Shown piece by piece: positions 41,068 to 58,758 of a stretch of DNA of 64,000 nt. Source of the stretch: the human T2T-CHM13v2.0 reference genome, Homo sapiens; NCBI RefSeq assembly GCF_009914755.1, contig NC_060936.1; one strand, 5' to 3'. A program made the translations under genes and the position numbers. The notes beneath the pieces are model-generated. The model was not told the DNA's origin. It worked only from the letters and a program-made list of their open reading frames with translations, and did no database searches. Positions within the stretch are counted from its first letter, which is position 1, and every line of letters begins with the position of its first letter.

Positions 41068-41787
41068 TCCATTTTGTAGAGAAGAAAGCCGAAGTACAGA
41101 GAAGTGCAGGTAGTAAGTGATGAAGAAGAACTCTCACGCAGGCAGGCAGACTTGGAATGCCACTTTCCACCACCATGTGGACATATACAGAAAATACTCC
41201 TCTGCCTTTTTTGCCCCAACTGCAAACATTTCATTCAATTTTATATTTCCCTGTATTTTACTCAAGTGAAAATTAATCTGTAAAAAATAATACTCACAGC
41301 TGTTCAATCTGCTCAAATTCTTTCCCCTCATCTGTGTAACAAAAGAAGAATTTGACTATGAAGTTGGTTTGTCATTTTTATGGAACATATATGCTCAATT
41401 AAACCTCCTTCCTAAGTAAGAAAGTACTATGCTGTTTCTCTTGTTTGGAATGAAGGAGAGACATGCTACCTTAAACACCTACACCTCGTTTATCTGCACT
41501 ACAGACCTTATCTGCATTTCTGATCAAACATAGTTTAGTGGCCTGATATTTTCAAAAACATGACTGCTTAGTTTGTCATTATTTAAATCATTAAAAATTT
41601 AGTATAAAATCAGGAAAGAATACAGGATGTAAGGTCAATTTTCTCGAGGATTACTGCTTTATCAACCTGTAACCCATCAGGCACAGGCTGCAAAAATAGG
41701 AAATGACAGGATGGTCTCTCTTTAATGAGAACTCTGGAATGGTTAATAAAATATTTTTTAAAATGATAAAAACAAAAACAAAAACAT
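41068..41787 (+). other. L1 3'-transduced genomic segment with its own polyA signal and tail
   Basis: Non-L1 sequence lying inside TSD aaaaaagtcattg (40197-40209 and 41788-41800); AATAAA at 41745-41750; A-rich tail 41768-41787. Confidence 0.88.
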
Positions 41788-41800
41788 AAAAAAGTCATTG

Positions 41801-43160
41801 CCCAGCCCAATGTAATGGAGCTTGTTTTCTTCTAGTAGTTTTTCAATTTCAGGTCTTAATTTAAGTCTTTAATCCATTTTTAATTGATTTCCATGTGTGG
41901 TATGTGATGACAGTCGAATTTCATTCTTCTACATATGGATATCTACTTTTCCCAGCACCATTTATTGAAGAGGCTGTTCTTTCCTCATTCTGTGTTCTTG
42001 ACATCTTTGCCAAAGATCAATTGACCATAAGTGCATGAATTTATTTCTGTATCTCTTTTCTGTTCTATTGGTCTATGTGTTTGTTTTCATGGAAATATCA
42101 CAGTGTTTTGATTACTGTAGCTTTACAGTATATTTTGACATCAGGAGTATGATGTCTCCAGCTTTGTTCCTTTTGCACAAGATTGCTGTGCTATTCGAGG
42201 TCTCTTGTGCACTCCATACAAATTTTAAAATTGTTTTATGTACTTCTGTGAAAAATGTCCTTGCAATTTTGATAAGGATTGCATTCAATCTGTAAATTAC
42301 TGTAGATAGTATGTACCTGTTAACACCATTAACTCTTTCATTCTATCAACATGGGATATCTTTTCATTTTTTGTGCCTTTAGTTTTATCAATATTTTATT
42401 GTTTTCAGTATACAGGTCTTTCATCTCCTCAATTAAATTTATTCCTAAGTATTTTTTGTAGCTGTAGCTATTTTAAATTGGATTGTTTTCTTGATTTCTT
42501 TTTCTGATAGTTCATTGCTAGTGTATAGACATGCTACTGATATTTGTGTGTTGATTTTATATCCTGCAACCTTACTGATTTTGTTTATTAGTTCTAACTG
42601 GTTTGGGTGGAATTTTTAGGGTTTTCTACATATGAATTCATATCATCTGCCAACAGGGACAATTTAGCTTCCTCCCCTTCTAGTTGGATGCCTTTATTTT
42701 TCTCCCTTACCTAATTGCTGTGTGTAGTAATTCCACTACTATGTTGAATATAAGTGATGAGAAAGTATTCTTGTCTTGTTCCTGATCTTGCAGGAAAAGC
42801 CTTCAACTTTTCACCATTGAATATGATATTAGCTGTGGGTTTGTCATATATGGCCTATATTGGGTTGCAGTACATTCCTTCTATACCAAATTTGTGGGTT
42901 TTCATCGTGAATGGATGTTTAATTTTATCAAAGGCTTTTTCTGCGTCTATTGAAATGAGTTTGAAAGTATTCCTTACTCTTCAATTTTTGGGGAGATGTT
43001 TGAGAAGGATTTGTATTTGTTCTTCTTTAAATGTTTAGTAGAATTCAGCATTGAAGTCATCAGGTCCTGGGCTTTTCTTTGATGGGAATCATTCTACTGT
43101 TGATTCAGTCTCATCACTCATTATTGGTCTCTTCAGATTTTTTATTTCTTCGTGATTTAA
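41801..43160 (-). mobile_element. L1MA (MA6-like), continuation
   Basis: Resumes in register after the TSD (gtcattgcccagcccaatgt...); degenerate antisense ORF2. Confidence 0.88.
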
Positions 43161-43259
43161 AAATTAATATTTTATGATCAAGTTATATATTATCTTTCAA
43201 GGGCAAAAATATGTTTTGCTATTACTTAGCAAAGAACCATCAGAAACGTCCATCTATAT

Positions 43260-43920
43260 TGCTTTATTTTGTAACTATATTAAGGTATAAGTGAGGTCAA
43301 TAAAATACCCATATTTAAATTTTATAATTTAATCATATTTGACGTAAGTATGCACATGTGAGATCCTCACCACAATCAAGAAAAACATTTCCATAAACTC
43401 ATATGCCCCTTCGTAATCCAACCCTTTCTCCACCCCCCTCCCCAATCAATGATCTGTTTTTTGTTCCTATAGATTAGTTTACATTTTCTAGAATTTTATA
43501 TAAATGGAATCATAGACTACCTACCCTAGTTTATCCAGCTTTTTTCATTCAGCATAATGATTTTGTGATTCACCCATGTGATTGTTTGTATTCATTTGCC
43601 TTTTCTTAAATGAAGACTAATATCCATTTTAGGTCTATACAACAATTTGTTGACCTATTCTTCTTTTGATTGGCTTTGGGTATTTACCAGTTTGAGGCCT
43701 CTACAAATAAAGCTGCTATAAAGTATCATGTACAAATCTTAGACTTTTTATTGACTATCTTCCTGGGAATTAAAAGGTCAAGTTATATAGTATATGTATG
43801 TTCATTTAAGAAAGTACCAGACTCTTCCAAAGTAGTTCTATCATTTTATATCCCCTTCAGCAGTAATGAGAATTTCAGTTGATACACATCCTTACCAACA
43901 CTTAATATGGTTACTTTAAA
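43260..43920 (-). mobile_element. Old L1ME-type 3' region (host element)
   Basis: ttctagaattttatataaatggaatcatag, ccagtttgaggcctctacaaataaagctgct; resumes at ~47416. Confidence 0.75.
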
Positions 43921-43924
43921 AAAT

Positions 43925-47406
<3,482 letters not shown>

Positions 47407-47415
47407 AAAAAATCT

Positions 47416-47679
47416 TAGACATTTTAGTATCTGAGTTGTGGTAGCTCCTTGTGATTTTAATTTGCATTTCCTTGATAACTAGTAACTTTGAACATTTTCC
47501 CATCTTCCATTAGGTTGCTTGTCGATCATTTACTTGTAAGAGTTCTTTATATACTTAGTATATAAGTCTTTTGTTTGATATGTGTGTTGGAAATAATTTT
47601 TACCAGTTTGCAGCTTGCCTTTTGATTTGCTTAATTGTGTGTTTTGAAGAGCAAACTTTTTAATTTTGATTAAAACAAA
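47416..47679 (-). mobile_element. L1ME-type host, continuation
   Basis: gtgattttaatttgcatttcc..., aagagttctttatat. Confidence 0.7.
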
Positions 47680-47837
47680 TTTTTTTTTGAGACAGGGTCT
47701 CACTCTATAGCCCAGACTGGAGTAAAGTGGCGCAGTCTTGGTTCACTGCAACCTCGACCTCCTGGGCTCAAGCAATCCTCCTACCTGAGCCTCCTTGAGT
47801 AGCTGAGCCTACAGGTGCATACCACAATGCCTGGCTA
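47680..47837 (-). mobile_element. AluJ-like right monomer
   Basis: gagacagggtctcactct...ctcctgggctcaagcaatcctcc. Confidence 0.88.
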
Positions 47838-48091
47838 TTTTTTTTTTTTTTTTTTGAGATAAAGTCTCACTCTGTCACCCAGGCTGGAGTGTAGTGGTGC
47901 CATATCAGCTCATTGCAACCTCCACCTCCGGGTTCAAGTAATTCTTGTGTCTTAGCCTCCCAAGTAGCTGACATTACAGGCATGCACCACCACGACCAGC
48001 TAATTTTTTTTTATTTTTGGTAGAGACAGGGTTTTGTCATATTGGCCAGGCTGGCCTCGGACTCTTGGCCTCAAATGATCCACCCACCTCC
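47838..48091 (-). mobile_element. Alu (J/S-type) lacking its 5' ~45 nt
   Basis: PolyT, right arm, linker; left arm stops at gatccacccacctc. Confidence 0.9.
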
Positions 48092-50615
48092 GAAATAAGC
48101 ACATTGTGAAGAATGAGATATCCATCTCCTCAAGCATTTATCCCTTGAGTTGCAAACAATCCAGTTACTCTTTATTTTAAAATGTATATTTATTATTAAC
48201 TGTAGTCACCCTGTTTTACTAGCAAATAGTAGGTCTTATTTATCCTTTCTATTTTTTATACCCATTAACCATCCCCTTCTCCCCTCCAGCCCCCCACTAC
48301 TCTACTCAGACTCTGGTAACCATCTTTCTACTCTCTATGTCCATGAGTTCAGTGGTTTGGTTTTTAGATCCCACAAATAAGTAAGAATGTGTGATGTTTG
48401 ACTTTCTGTGCCTGGCTAATTTCACCTAACATAATGATCTCCAGTTCCATCCATGTTGCTGCAAATGACTGAATTTCATTCTTTTTTATGGCTGAATAGT
48501 ACTCCATTGTGTATATGTACCACATTTTCTTTATCCATTCATCTGTTGATGGACACTTAGGTTGCTTTCAAATCTTAGCTATTGTGAACAGTGCTGCAAC
48601 AAACATAGGAATGCAGATCTCTTCCATATGCTGATTTCCTTTCTTTTGTGTATATACCCAGCAGTGGGATTGCTGGATCATATGGTAGCTCTACTTTCAG
48701 TTTTTTGAGGAATTTCCAAACTGTTCTCCATAGTGGTTGTACTAATTTATATTCTCATCAACAGTGTACACCTTTTTTACACATTCTTGCCAACATTTGT
48801 TATTGCCTGTCTTTTGGATATAAGCCATTTTAACTGGAGTGAGATGATATCTCCTTTTAGTTTTGATTTGCATTTCTCTGATGATCAGTGATGTTGAGTA
48901 TCTTTTCATATGCCCATTTGCCATTTGTATGTCTTCTTTTGAGAAATGTCTTTTCAAATATTTTGCTCATTTTCATTGGATTATTAGATTTTTTCCTATA
49001 GAGTTGTTTGAACTCCTTATATATTCTGGTTATTAATCCTTTGTCAAATAGGTAGTTTGCATACATTTTCTCCCATTCTGTGGGTTGTCTCTTCACTTTG
49101 TTGATTGTATCCTTTGCTGTGCCGAAGTTTTAACTTAATGTGATCCCAGTTGTCCATTTTTTTTTGGTTGCCTGTGCTTGTGGGGTATTACTCAAGAAAT
49201 AACCCATATGCCGGGGCCAAAAGACATTGCCCATACCAATGTCCTGCAGAGTTTCCTAGATGTTTTCTTATAGTACTTTCCTGGCTTGAGGTCTGAGATT
49301 TAAGTCTTTAATTCATTTTTATATGATTTTTGTATATGGTGAAAGACAGGGGTCTAGTTTCAGCCTTCTGCATATGTATATCCAGTTTTTCCCAGCACCA
49401 TTTATTAAAGAGATGTCTTTTCCCCAATGTGTTCTTGGCACCTTTGTTGAAAATGAGTTCACTGTAGGTATATGGATTTGTCTCTGTGTTCTCTATTCTT
49501 TCCATTGGTCTTGTGACTGTTTTTATGACAGTATCATGCTATTTTGGTTATTATAGCTCTGTAGTATAATTTGAAGTCAGGTTATGTAATTCCTCCAATT
49601 TTGTTCTTTTTGCTTAGGATAGCTTTGGCTATTCTGGGTTTGTTGTGGTTCCATGTAAGTTTTAGGGTTTGGTTGTTTTTTTTTTTTTTTTTTGTATTTC
49701 TGTGAAAAATGTCATTGATATTTTGATAGGGATTGCATTGAATGTGTAAATTTCTTTGGGTAGTTTGGATATTTTAACAATATTAATCCTTCCAATCTCT
49801 GAACATGGTATGTTTTTGTTCTTTTCATTTTTGGGAGTGTTCTCTTCCATTTTCTTCACCAATATTTTACAGTCTTCATTATAGAGATCCTTCACTTTTT
49901 TGGTTAATTTCTAAGTGTTTAATTCTATGTGTGGCTACTGTACATGGAATTTTTTTTTTCAGATTGTTCACTGTTAGCATACAAAAATGCCAGTGGTTTT
50001 TGCATGTTGATTTTGTATCCTGCAACTTTACTGACTTTGTTTATCGGTTCTAATAGTTTGCCTTTAGAGTCTTTTAGTTTTTCCAAATATAAGACTGTAT
50101 CATCAGCAAACAGTGATAATTTGACTTCTTCCTTTGCAGTGTGGATGCCCTTTATATCCTTCTCTTGTCCGATTGCTCTAGCTAGGATTTCCAGTACTAT
50201 GTTGAATAACAGTTGTGACAGTGCACATCCTTGTCGTGTTCTAAATCTTAGAGGAAAACCTTTCTGTCTTTTCTCATTTAGTATGATACTAGCTGTGGGT
50301 CTGTCGTAGATGGTTTTTATTATGCTGATATATTTTCCTTCAATATCCAGTTTTTTGAGAGTTTTTATCATGAAGAGATGTTGAATTTTATCAAATGTTT
50401 TTTCAGCGTCATTTGAGAGGATCATATGGTTTTTGTCCTTCAGTCTGTTGATATGATGTATCATATTGATTGATTTGCATATGTGGAACCATCTTTGCAC
50501 CCCAGGGATTAATCCCACTTGGTCATGATGAATGATCTTTCTAATGTATTGTTGATTTGGTTTGGTGGTATTTTGTTGAGGATTTTTGAATCAATATTCA
50601 TCAGAGATATTGGCC
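48092..50615 (-). mobile_element. L1MA1/2-like 3' UTR and ORF2 (RT to C-terminus)
   Basis: ORF 49925-50518 has RT motifs (TRQGCALS...VKLSLFADD); 3' UTR ctcaagcatttatccc. Confidence 0.92.
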
Positions 50616-51058
50616 CCCAGTGGTGAGGTCTGTGGGCACTCGAGTTCTGACTGTTGGGATCTGCAATTGTCCTCTGACTAGGGCTGGTTTAAATGCTCTG
50701 TCTGTGTGTGGGTGCCAGCTGAGTTAGGTCCGGTATTTCTTTCTGCTTTAACAGGACAGCACTGAGTTCAATGCCTCACAATTGCTGTGTTCTCCCTCCG
50801 CCAGTGTACAAGGAAGCTCTCCACATAAGGCAGCTGCTGCCCAGGGTGCCGGCAAGGTGATGTTGACTGCTCAGGATTTTTTTTTTTTTATCTCTTCGGT
50901 GCCTCTTTCAGAGATAAAAAGTTAAATCCAACCAGTGCTATGAACACTTGCCTGATTCCTGGTTCTTACGAAGGCATTTTTTCTGTGTAAATAGCTGTTA
51001 ATTTGGTCTCCTTGCAGGGGGGACGATCGGTGGGGCTTTCTATTCCATCATCTTGCCT
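50616..51058 (-). mobile_element. L1M-type 5' UTR joined directly to ORF2
   Basis: Ends ttctattccatcatcttgcc, the reverse complement of an L1-start-like ggcaagatgatggaatagaa; GC-richer than flanks. Confidence 0.7.
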
Positions 51059-52309
51059 ACATTTATGATTGTTTTTGAGCTAATTTTTATCCATGATGTT
51101 CAGCAAGGATTAATTATTTATTTCCATTCAGTCAAATCTAGTGCCTTTTGTTGAAAAGATGTGTCTCGTTGAATTGCCTTGGCACTTTTGTTATAAATCA
51201 ACTGGTTATATATGTATAGTTCTATTTCTGGTCTCTGTTTAGTTCTATTATCATGAATAGCAAACTATAGGGTAAGCCCTCCAACTTTCTTCTTAAAAAA
51301 AAAAAAAAGTTTTGTTTGCTCTAGATCCTTTGCATTTTCATGAAAGTTTTAGGAAAACTTTGTCAATTTCTATTTAAAAACATGCTGGAATTTTATTTGG
51401 GATTGCATTGATTCTGTAGATAAATTTGGGGACTTTAAGAATATTAGTTGGCTTAAGAATATTGAGTCTTAATTTCTTTTCATATATGTAGCATTTCTTT
51501 AATTTCTATCAGCTATGTTTGCAGTTTTCAGTGCAGATGTCTTGGACACCCTTTGCTAGTGTCATTCGTCAGTATTTTATGTTTTGACTTGTTTTTTTGT
51601 GTTATTCAGGAAGATTTTTTTATTTTTTTCAGTTGTTTCTTGTAAGTATATAAGACTATAACTTTTGTATATGAACCTTGTATCCTGCTACAATGCTAAA
51701 TCCATTAGTTAATTTAGTAATTATTTTGTCAATTACCAGAGGTTTTTCTACATAAACAATTACAGAATCTGCAGATAGAAACAGTTTAATTGCCTTTTTT
51801 CAATGTCTAAGACCTTAGACCACTGTTGAGTAGAAGTACTAAATCAGGCAGTATTGGTTTGCTCCCAGGCAAATGGGGAAACAATTCAGTTTTTCATCAT
51901 TAAATATGATAGCTGCTTGCTGGTACCTTTTATTTCTTTCAGAAAATTCCCTACCATTTCTACTTTGCTGATACTCTCACAAATATAAGCTGAGTTTTGT
52001 TAAAAGCTTCTTCTGCATTTATTGAAAATATGTGGGGTTTTTAATTATATGAATATGGCTGTTGTTTATATGAATATTACTGATTTTTTTTTAAAGTTAA
52101 TCAACTTTGCATTCAGGGGATAAGTTCCATTTTATTATAATGTCTCATCCTTTTTAAATGTTTTTAAAATTAATTTACAAACATTTTGTTAAGGATTTTT
52201 GCATTCTGATTCATGAAGGATACTGGCCTATACATTTCTCTAGGATAATGGCTTATAAATTTCTCCTGTGTGTGTGTAACATTTGTGTCAGTTTGTCATA
52301 TTAAGGTAA

Positions 52310-52652
<343 letters not shown>

Positions 52653-53346
52653 TCCTTCTTTATTTTTAATAAAATTTTCTGGTGATAATCTATGGGTTTC
52701 GAATTTTCTTTTTAGGAAGATTTTAGATAAAATAAATAAATTTCTTTCATTGACATGGTAGTTAAAATTCCATGTTAAAATTTTACAGCAAATTTTGGTA
52801 TTTTTGAATAAACGTCTATTTTATCTGAGTTTTCAAATTTGTTAGGCATACATTTGATTATAGTATTCTCTTATTATCCTTTGGCTGTCTATGTGATCTG
52901 TGATAGCAATCCCTTTTTCATTTGTGATTCTTTTCCCCTTGATTAGTCTAACTAGACATTTGTCAATTTTATTGATCTTTTCATATAATCTGCATTTGCC
53001 TTCCTTCTTGTCTCTATTATTGGCCTGTTTTCTATTTCTTTGATTGCTGCTCTTCATTATTTCCTTTTTGCTGTTTAATTTAGGCTCACTTTGCTCTTCG
53101 TATTCTAGATTTTTAAGGTGGAAACTTAGGTCATTAATTCTAGATCTTTCTTCTTGTCTAATACAAGCATTAGAAGCTAAAATTTTCTCCCAAATTACTT
53201 CTTTAGCTATGTTTTACTTTGACATAATATTTTCATTGTCATTTTGTTCAGAATATTTTTTACATTTGCCTTGTGATTTTGTCTTTGACCTGTAAATAAT
53301 TCATAAATTGATTAATTTTTAGATATTTGAAGATTTTCTAAGTACT

Positions 53347-53639
<293 letters not shown>

Positions 53640-54084
53640 TAAATACTTTTTATTAATTTCTAAGTTAATAATGTTTTGGCAAAAGAATATACTTTGTATA
53701 ATTATTGATCCCTTTAAATTACTGAGGCTTGTTTTGTTCTCTAATTTATACTCTATTTTGGTAAATCCACTATACACACTTGAAAATAATGTGAAGTCTG
53801 CAATTATTAGATGTGGTATTTTATAAGTGTCAATTAGATCAAGGCAACTGGTAATATTATTGAGATTTTCTATGTCTTTACTATTTTTTATTTTGTCTCC
53901 TTGCTCTGTCAATTTCTGAAATACTTGTTTTTAAATCCCCTACTATATTTGTGTAGGAGTATACTACTACTTGCCTTTTAATTCTGTCCATTTTGCTTCA
54001 TATATTTATGGATTTGTTATTAGGGGAATACATACTTATAATTATGTATCTTCCTGATGAATTATCTGTTTTCAAGCAAGATCA

Positions 54085-55392
54085 TTTTATCATTATTATT
54101 ATGATGTACAAATTTATGGGGTACAGGTGAAATTTTGTTACATATATATAATGCACTGAAATCGAGTCACTATTATCACAGGGTATTTACAGTATCCATC
54201 ACTTGAGTACAACACATTTTTGTAAACTCAATCACCCTGTTCTGCTATCAAACATTGGATTTATTCATTTTAACTGTATGTTTGTATCCATTAACCTGCT
54301 TCTCTTTATCCTCCTCATTTCCCCCAAACTCACTTTTTCCAGTCTCTGTTATCTATATTTTGACTCTCTACCTCAATGTGATCAAGTTTTTTAGCTTCCA
54401 CATGTATGTGAGAACATGTAATATTTGTCTTTTTGTGCCTGGCTTATTTTTCACTTAAGATAATGACCTCCAGTTCCATCTAGGTTGCTGCAAATGACAT
54501 GATTTATTTCCTTTTCATGGCCTAATAGTATTCCATTGTGTATATACACCACATTTTCTTTATCCATTCATCTGTTGATGGGCACATACCTTGATTCTAT
54601 ATCTTTGCTATTGAGAATAGTGCTGCAATAAACATGTGAGTGCAGATATCCCTGTCATATATTGATGTCTTTTCCTTTAGGTAGATACCCAGCAAAGGGA
54701 TTGCTGAATTGCAAGAGAAATTTTTTGAGAAATCTTCATAATGTTTTACATAGTGACTATACTGGTTTACATTCCCACCAGCAGTGGATAAGGGTTCTCT
54801 TTTCACCACATCCTCACCAGTGTCTGTAATAACCATTCTTCCTGGGATAAGATGACATCTCATTGTGATTTTAATTTGCATTTCTCTGATGATTAGTGAT
54901 GTTGAGCAATTTTTCATATACTTGTTGGCAATTTATGTGTCTTCTTTTGAGAAATGTCTAGTCATTTCCTTTGCCCACTTTTTAAAGGAATTATTTGTTT
55001 TTTCTTGGTAAGTTGTTTGAGTTCCTTGTATATTCTGAATATTAATCCCATGTCTAATGAATAATTTGCAGATATTTTCTCTCGTTCTGCAAATTGACTC
55101 TTGACTCTCTTGATTTTTTTTTCTGTGCAGAAGCTTTTTAGTTTAATTAAGTCTCATTTGTCCATTTTTGGTTTTGTTGCATTTGCTTTTGGAGTCCTAG
55201 TCATGAATTCACTGTCTAGGCCAATGTCCACAAAATTTTTTCCTAGATTTTCCTCTAGTATTTTCTTAGCTTCAGGTCTTACATTTAAGTCTTTAATCCA
55301 TTTTAAGTTGATTTTGTATATGGTGAGTGATAAGAGTCTAATCTCATTCTTACGTATGTGGCTATCCATGTCTCCCAGCATCATTTATTGAA
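54085..55392 (-). mobile_element. L1MA (MA3-like) 3' UTR and ORF2 C-terminal part
   Basis: Minus-strand ORFs [18 protein letters not shown]..., [16 protein letters not shown]... Confidence 0.9.
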
Positions 55393-55413
55393 GACAGTGT
55401 TCAATAAATGATG

Positions 55414-56792
55414 GCAGTTAATAGGGTGCAGTTAATAGTGGAGGCTGTGCTGTGTTTTGCTGGCGATTAGGATACCAGCTTGGCCAGTCTTTGGGCCCTA
55501 GTGGTGGCAGCAATGGACTGAGAATGCCTTTTGGGCAACCCAGGGCAGCTTACAGTATTATTGGTTCCAGGAGGGCTGATTATTCCAGTATTGGGATCAT
55601 GTGTGGGTGTGTGCTGGCTGCGGTGGTATTGGAAAGTTGAATCAGCCCAACCTCAGAGTCTGGGAGGAGTGCTCAGGTGTTAGCAGTAGTAGGCTTGGCT
55701 GGAAGGTTTCCATAGTTCTGGATGGCATGCTCAAGTACTGGGTAGAGGGGCCCAGTCTGGAAGACTTGTCCTCAGGCCCCGTGGTGGTACATTCAGATAT
55801 TGGCTGTGATAAGCAAGGGATGGTGGTCCCCAGGCCATGGCAGAATGCTCTGGTGTGGGCAGCAGTGTCTATGCTGCATACCTGCCACCGGGGAAGGTGG
55901 TTCCCCTCTTAGCTGGAGAAGTATAAGCAGGTAGCTGTGGGGAGAGCAGTTTACTCATGCATTTGTCACATAGCAGCCTACAGCAGCAGCAGTGGGGTTT
56001 GCACTAGGTGTATGTAAGTGTGCCCAGCCTTCCTTCTTCCTCCTTGGCCCAGCAGTGGCAATGGCAGTGGCAGTCCAGACACCATTGCAGAATGTAAACC
56101 TTTGAAGGCTAGGCTCTCAGAATAGTTCTGGCCGTGGGCTTACCACCAGGGAAGGGAGGACCCTCCTTGGCTGGACCAAAAGGCAGGTAGCTATGGGGAG
56201 TGGAATTTGCTTGCACCTTGGTCCCACAGCAGCCCATAACAGCACAATGGGACTTGTTCTTGGGGTGCATGGGAGCACCCAGCCTCCCTTCTCCCTCTTT
56301 AGTCTAGTGGCAAAAGCTGTGGCATTGTTCCCAGGGCAAGACACAAATCTCTGGGGATTTGGCTCTGAGGATGGTGCCAAGCTGCAGCTGCTCAGGGCTT
56401 GGATACCTGTGAGGCGTTACATGAGTTCCTTCTTTCTAGCAATGTGTTTGTGCAATCTCTAGGCCATTCCCTATGTTAGTTTCAAAATTTGTATGGGTTG
56501 AGACATTCTCCCATAGCTAACATTATAAAGGACCATGGTGCAAGTATGGAGCCCTGGGGGTCTCTCTCTTACGCTTTCCCTGCACCCAGAAGCTTCTTCT
56601 GGATCCCAGCCAATTCCAACCAAGCAAGGACTCACTCTCCCCTTACCTGCTTTTGGTGCTTCTCATCACTTCTCTGCTGAATCCCAGTGTTATCTTCTAG
56701 ATGATCTATTTGAAATGCGAATATCCACTTGCCATTTTGGTTCCTCTCTGTGGAGGAGGTTCATACTAGCTGCATCTAGTCAGAAATTTTGA
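55414..56792 (-). mobile_element. Old L1M 5' UTR-like region
   Basis: GC-richer segment ending gctgcatctagtcagaaattttg, resembling the reverse complement of old L1 starts; recalled similarity only. Confidence 0.55.
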
Positions 56793-56892
56793 AACAGCAT
56801 CCAGGTTTTGTTTTGTTTTTTAAGATAGGAAATGCTTGAATATACTTGCAGAGTAACATAAAGGAATTTAAAAGGGGAAGAAGTGAAGTTTT

Positions 56893-58658
<1,766 letters not shown>

Positions 58659-58758
58659 TGAGATAGAGATTGAGAGAGAGGATTATTGGAGAAGCAGGGA
58701 GGAGAAGGAATCTAGAAGCCAGGTAGAAGGATCAGCCATAGAAAGAAGGAGAGAACTG

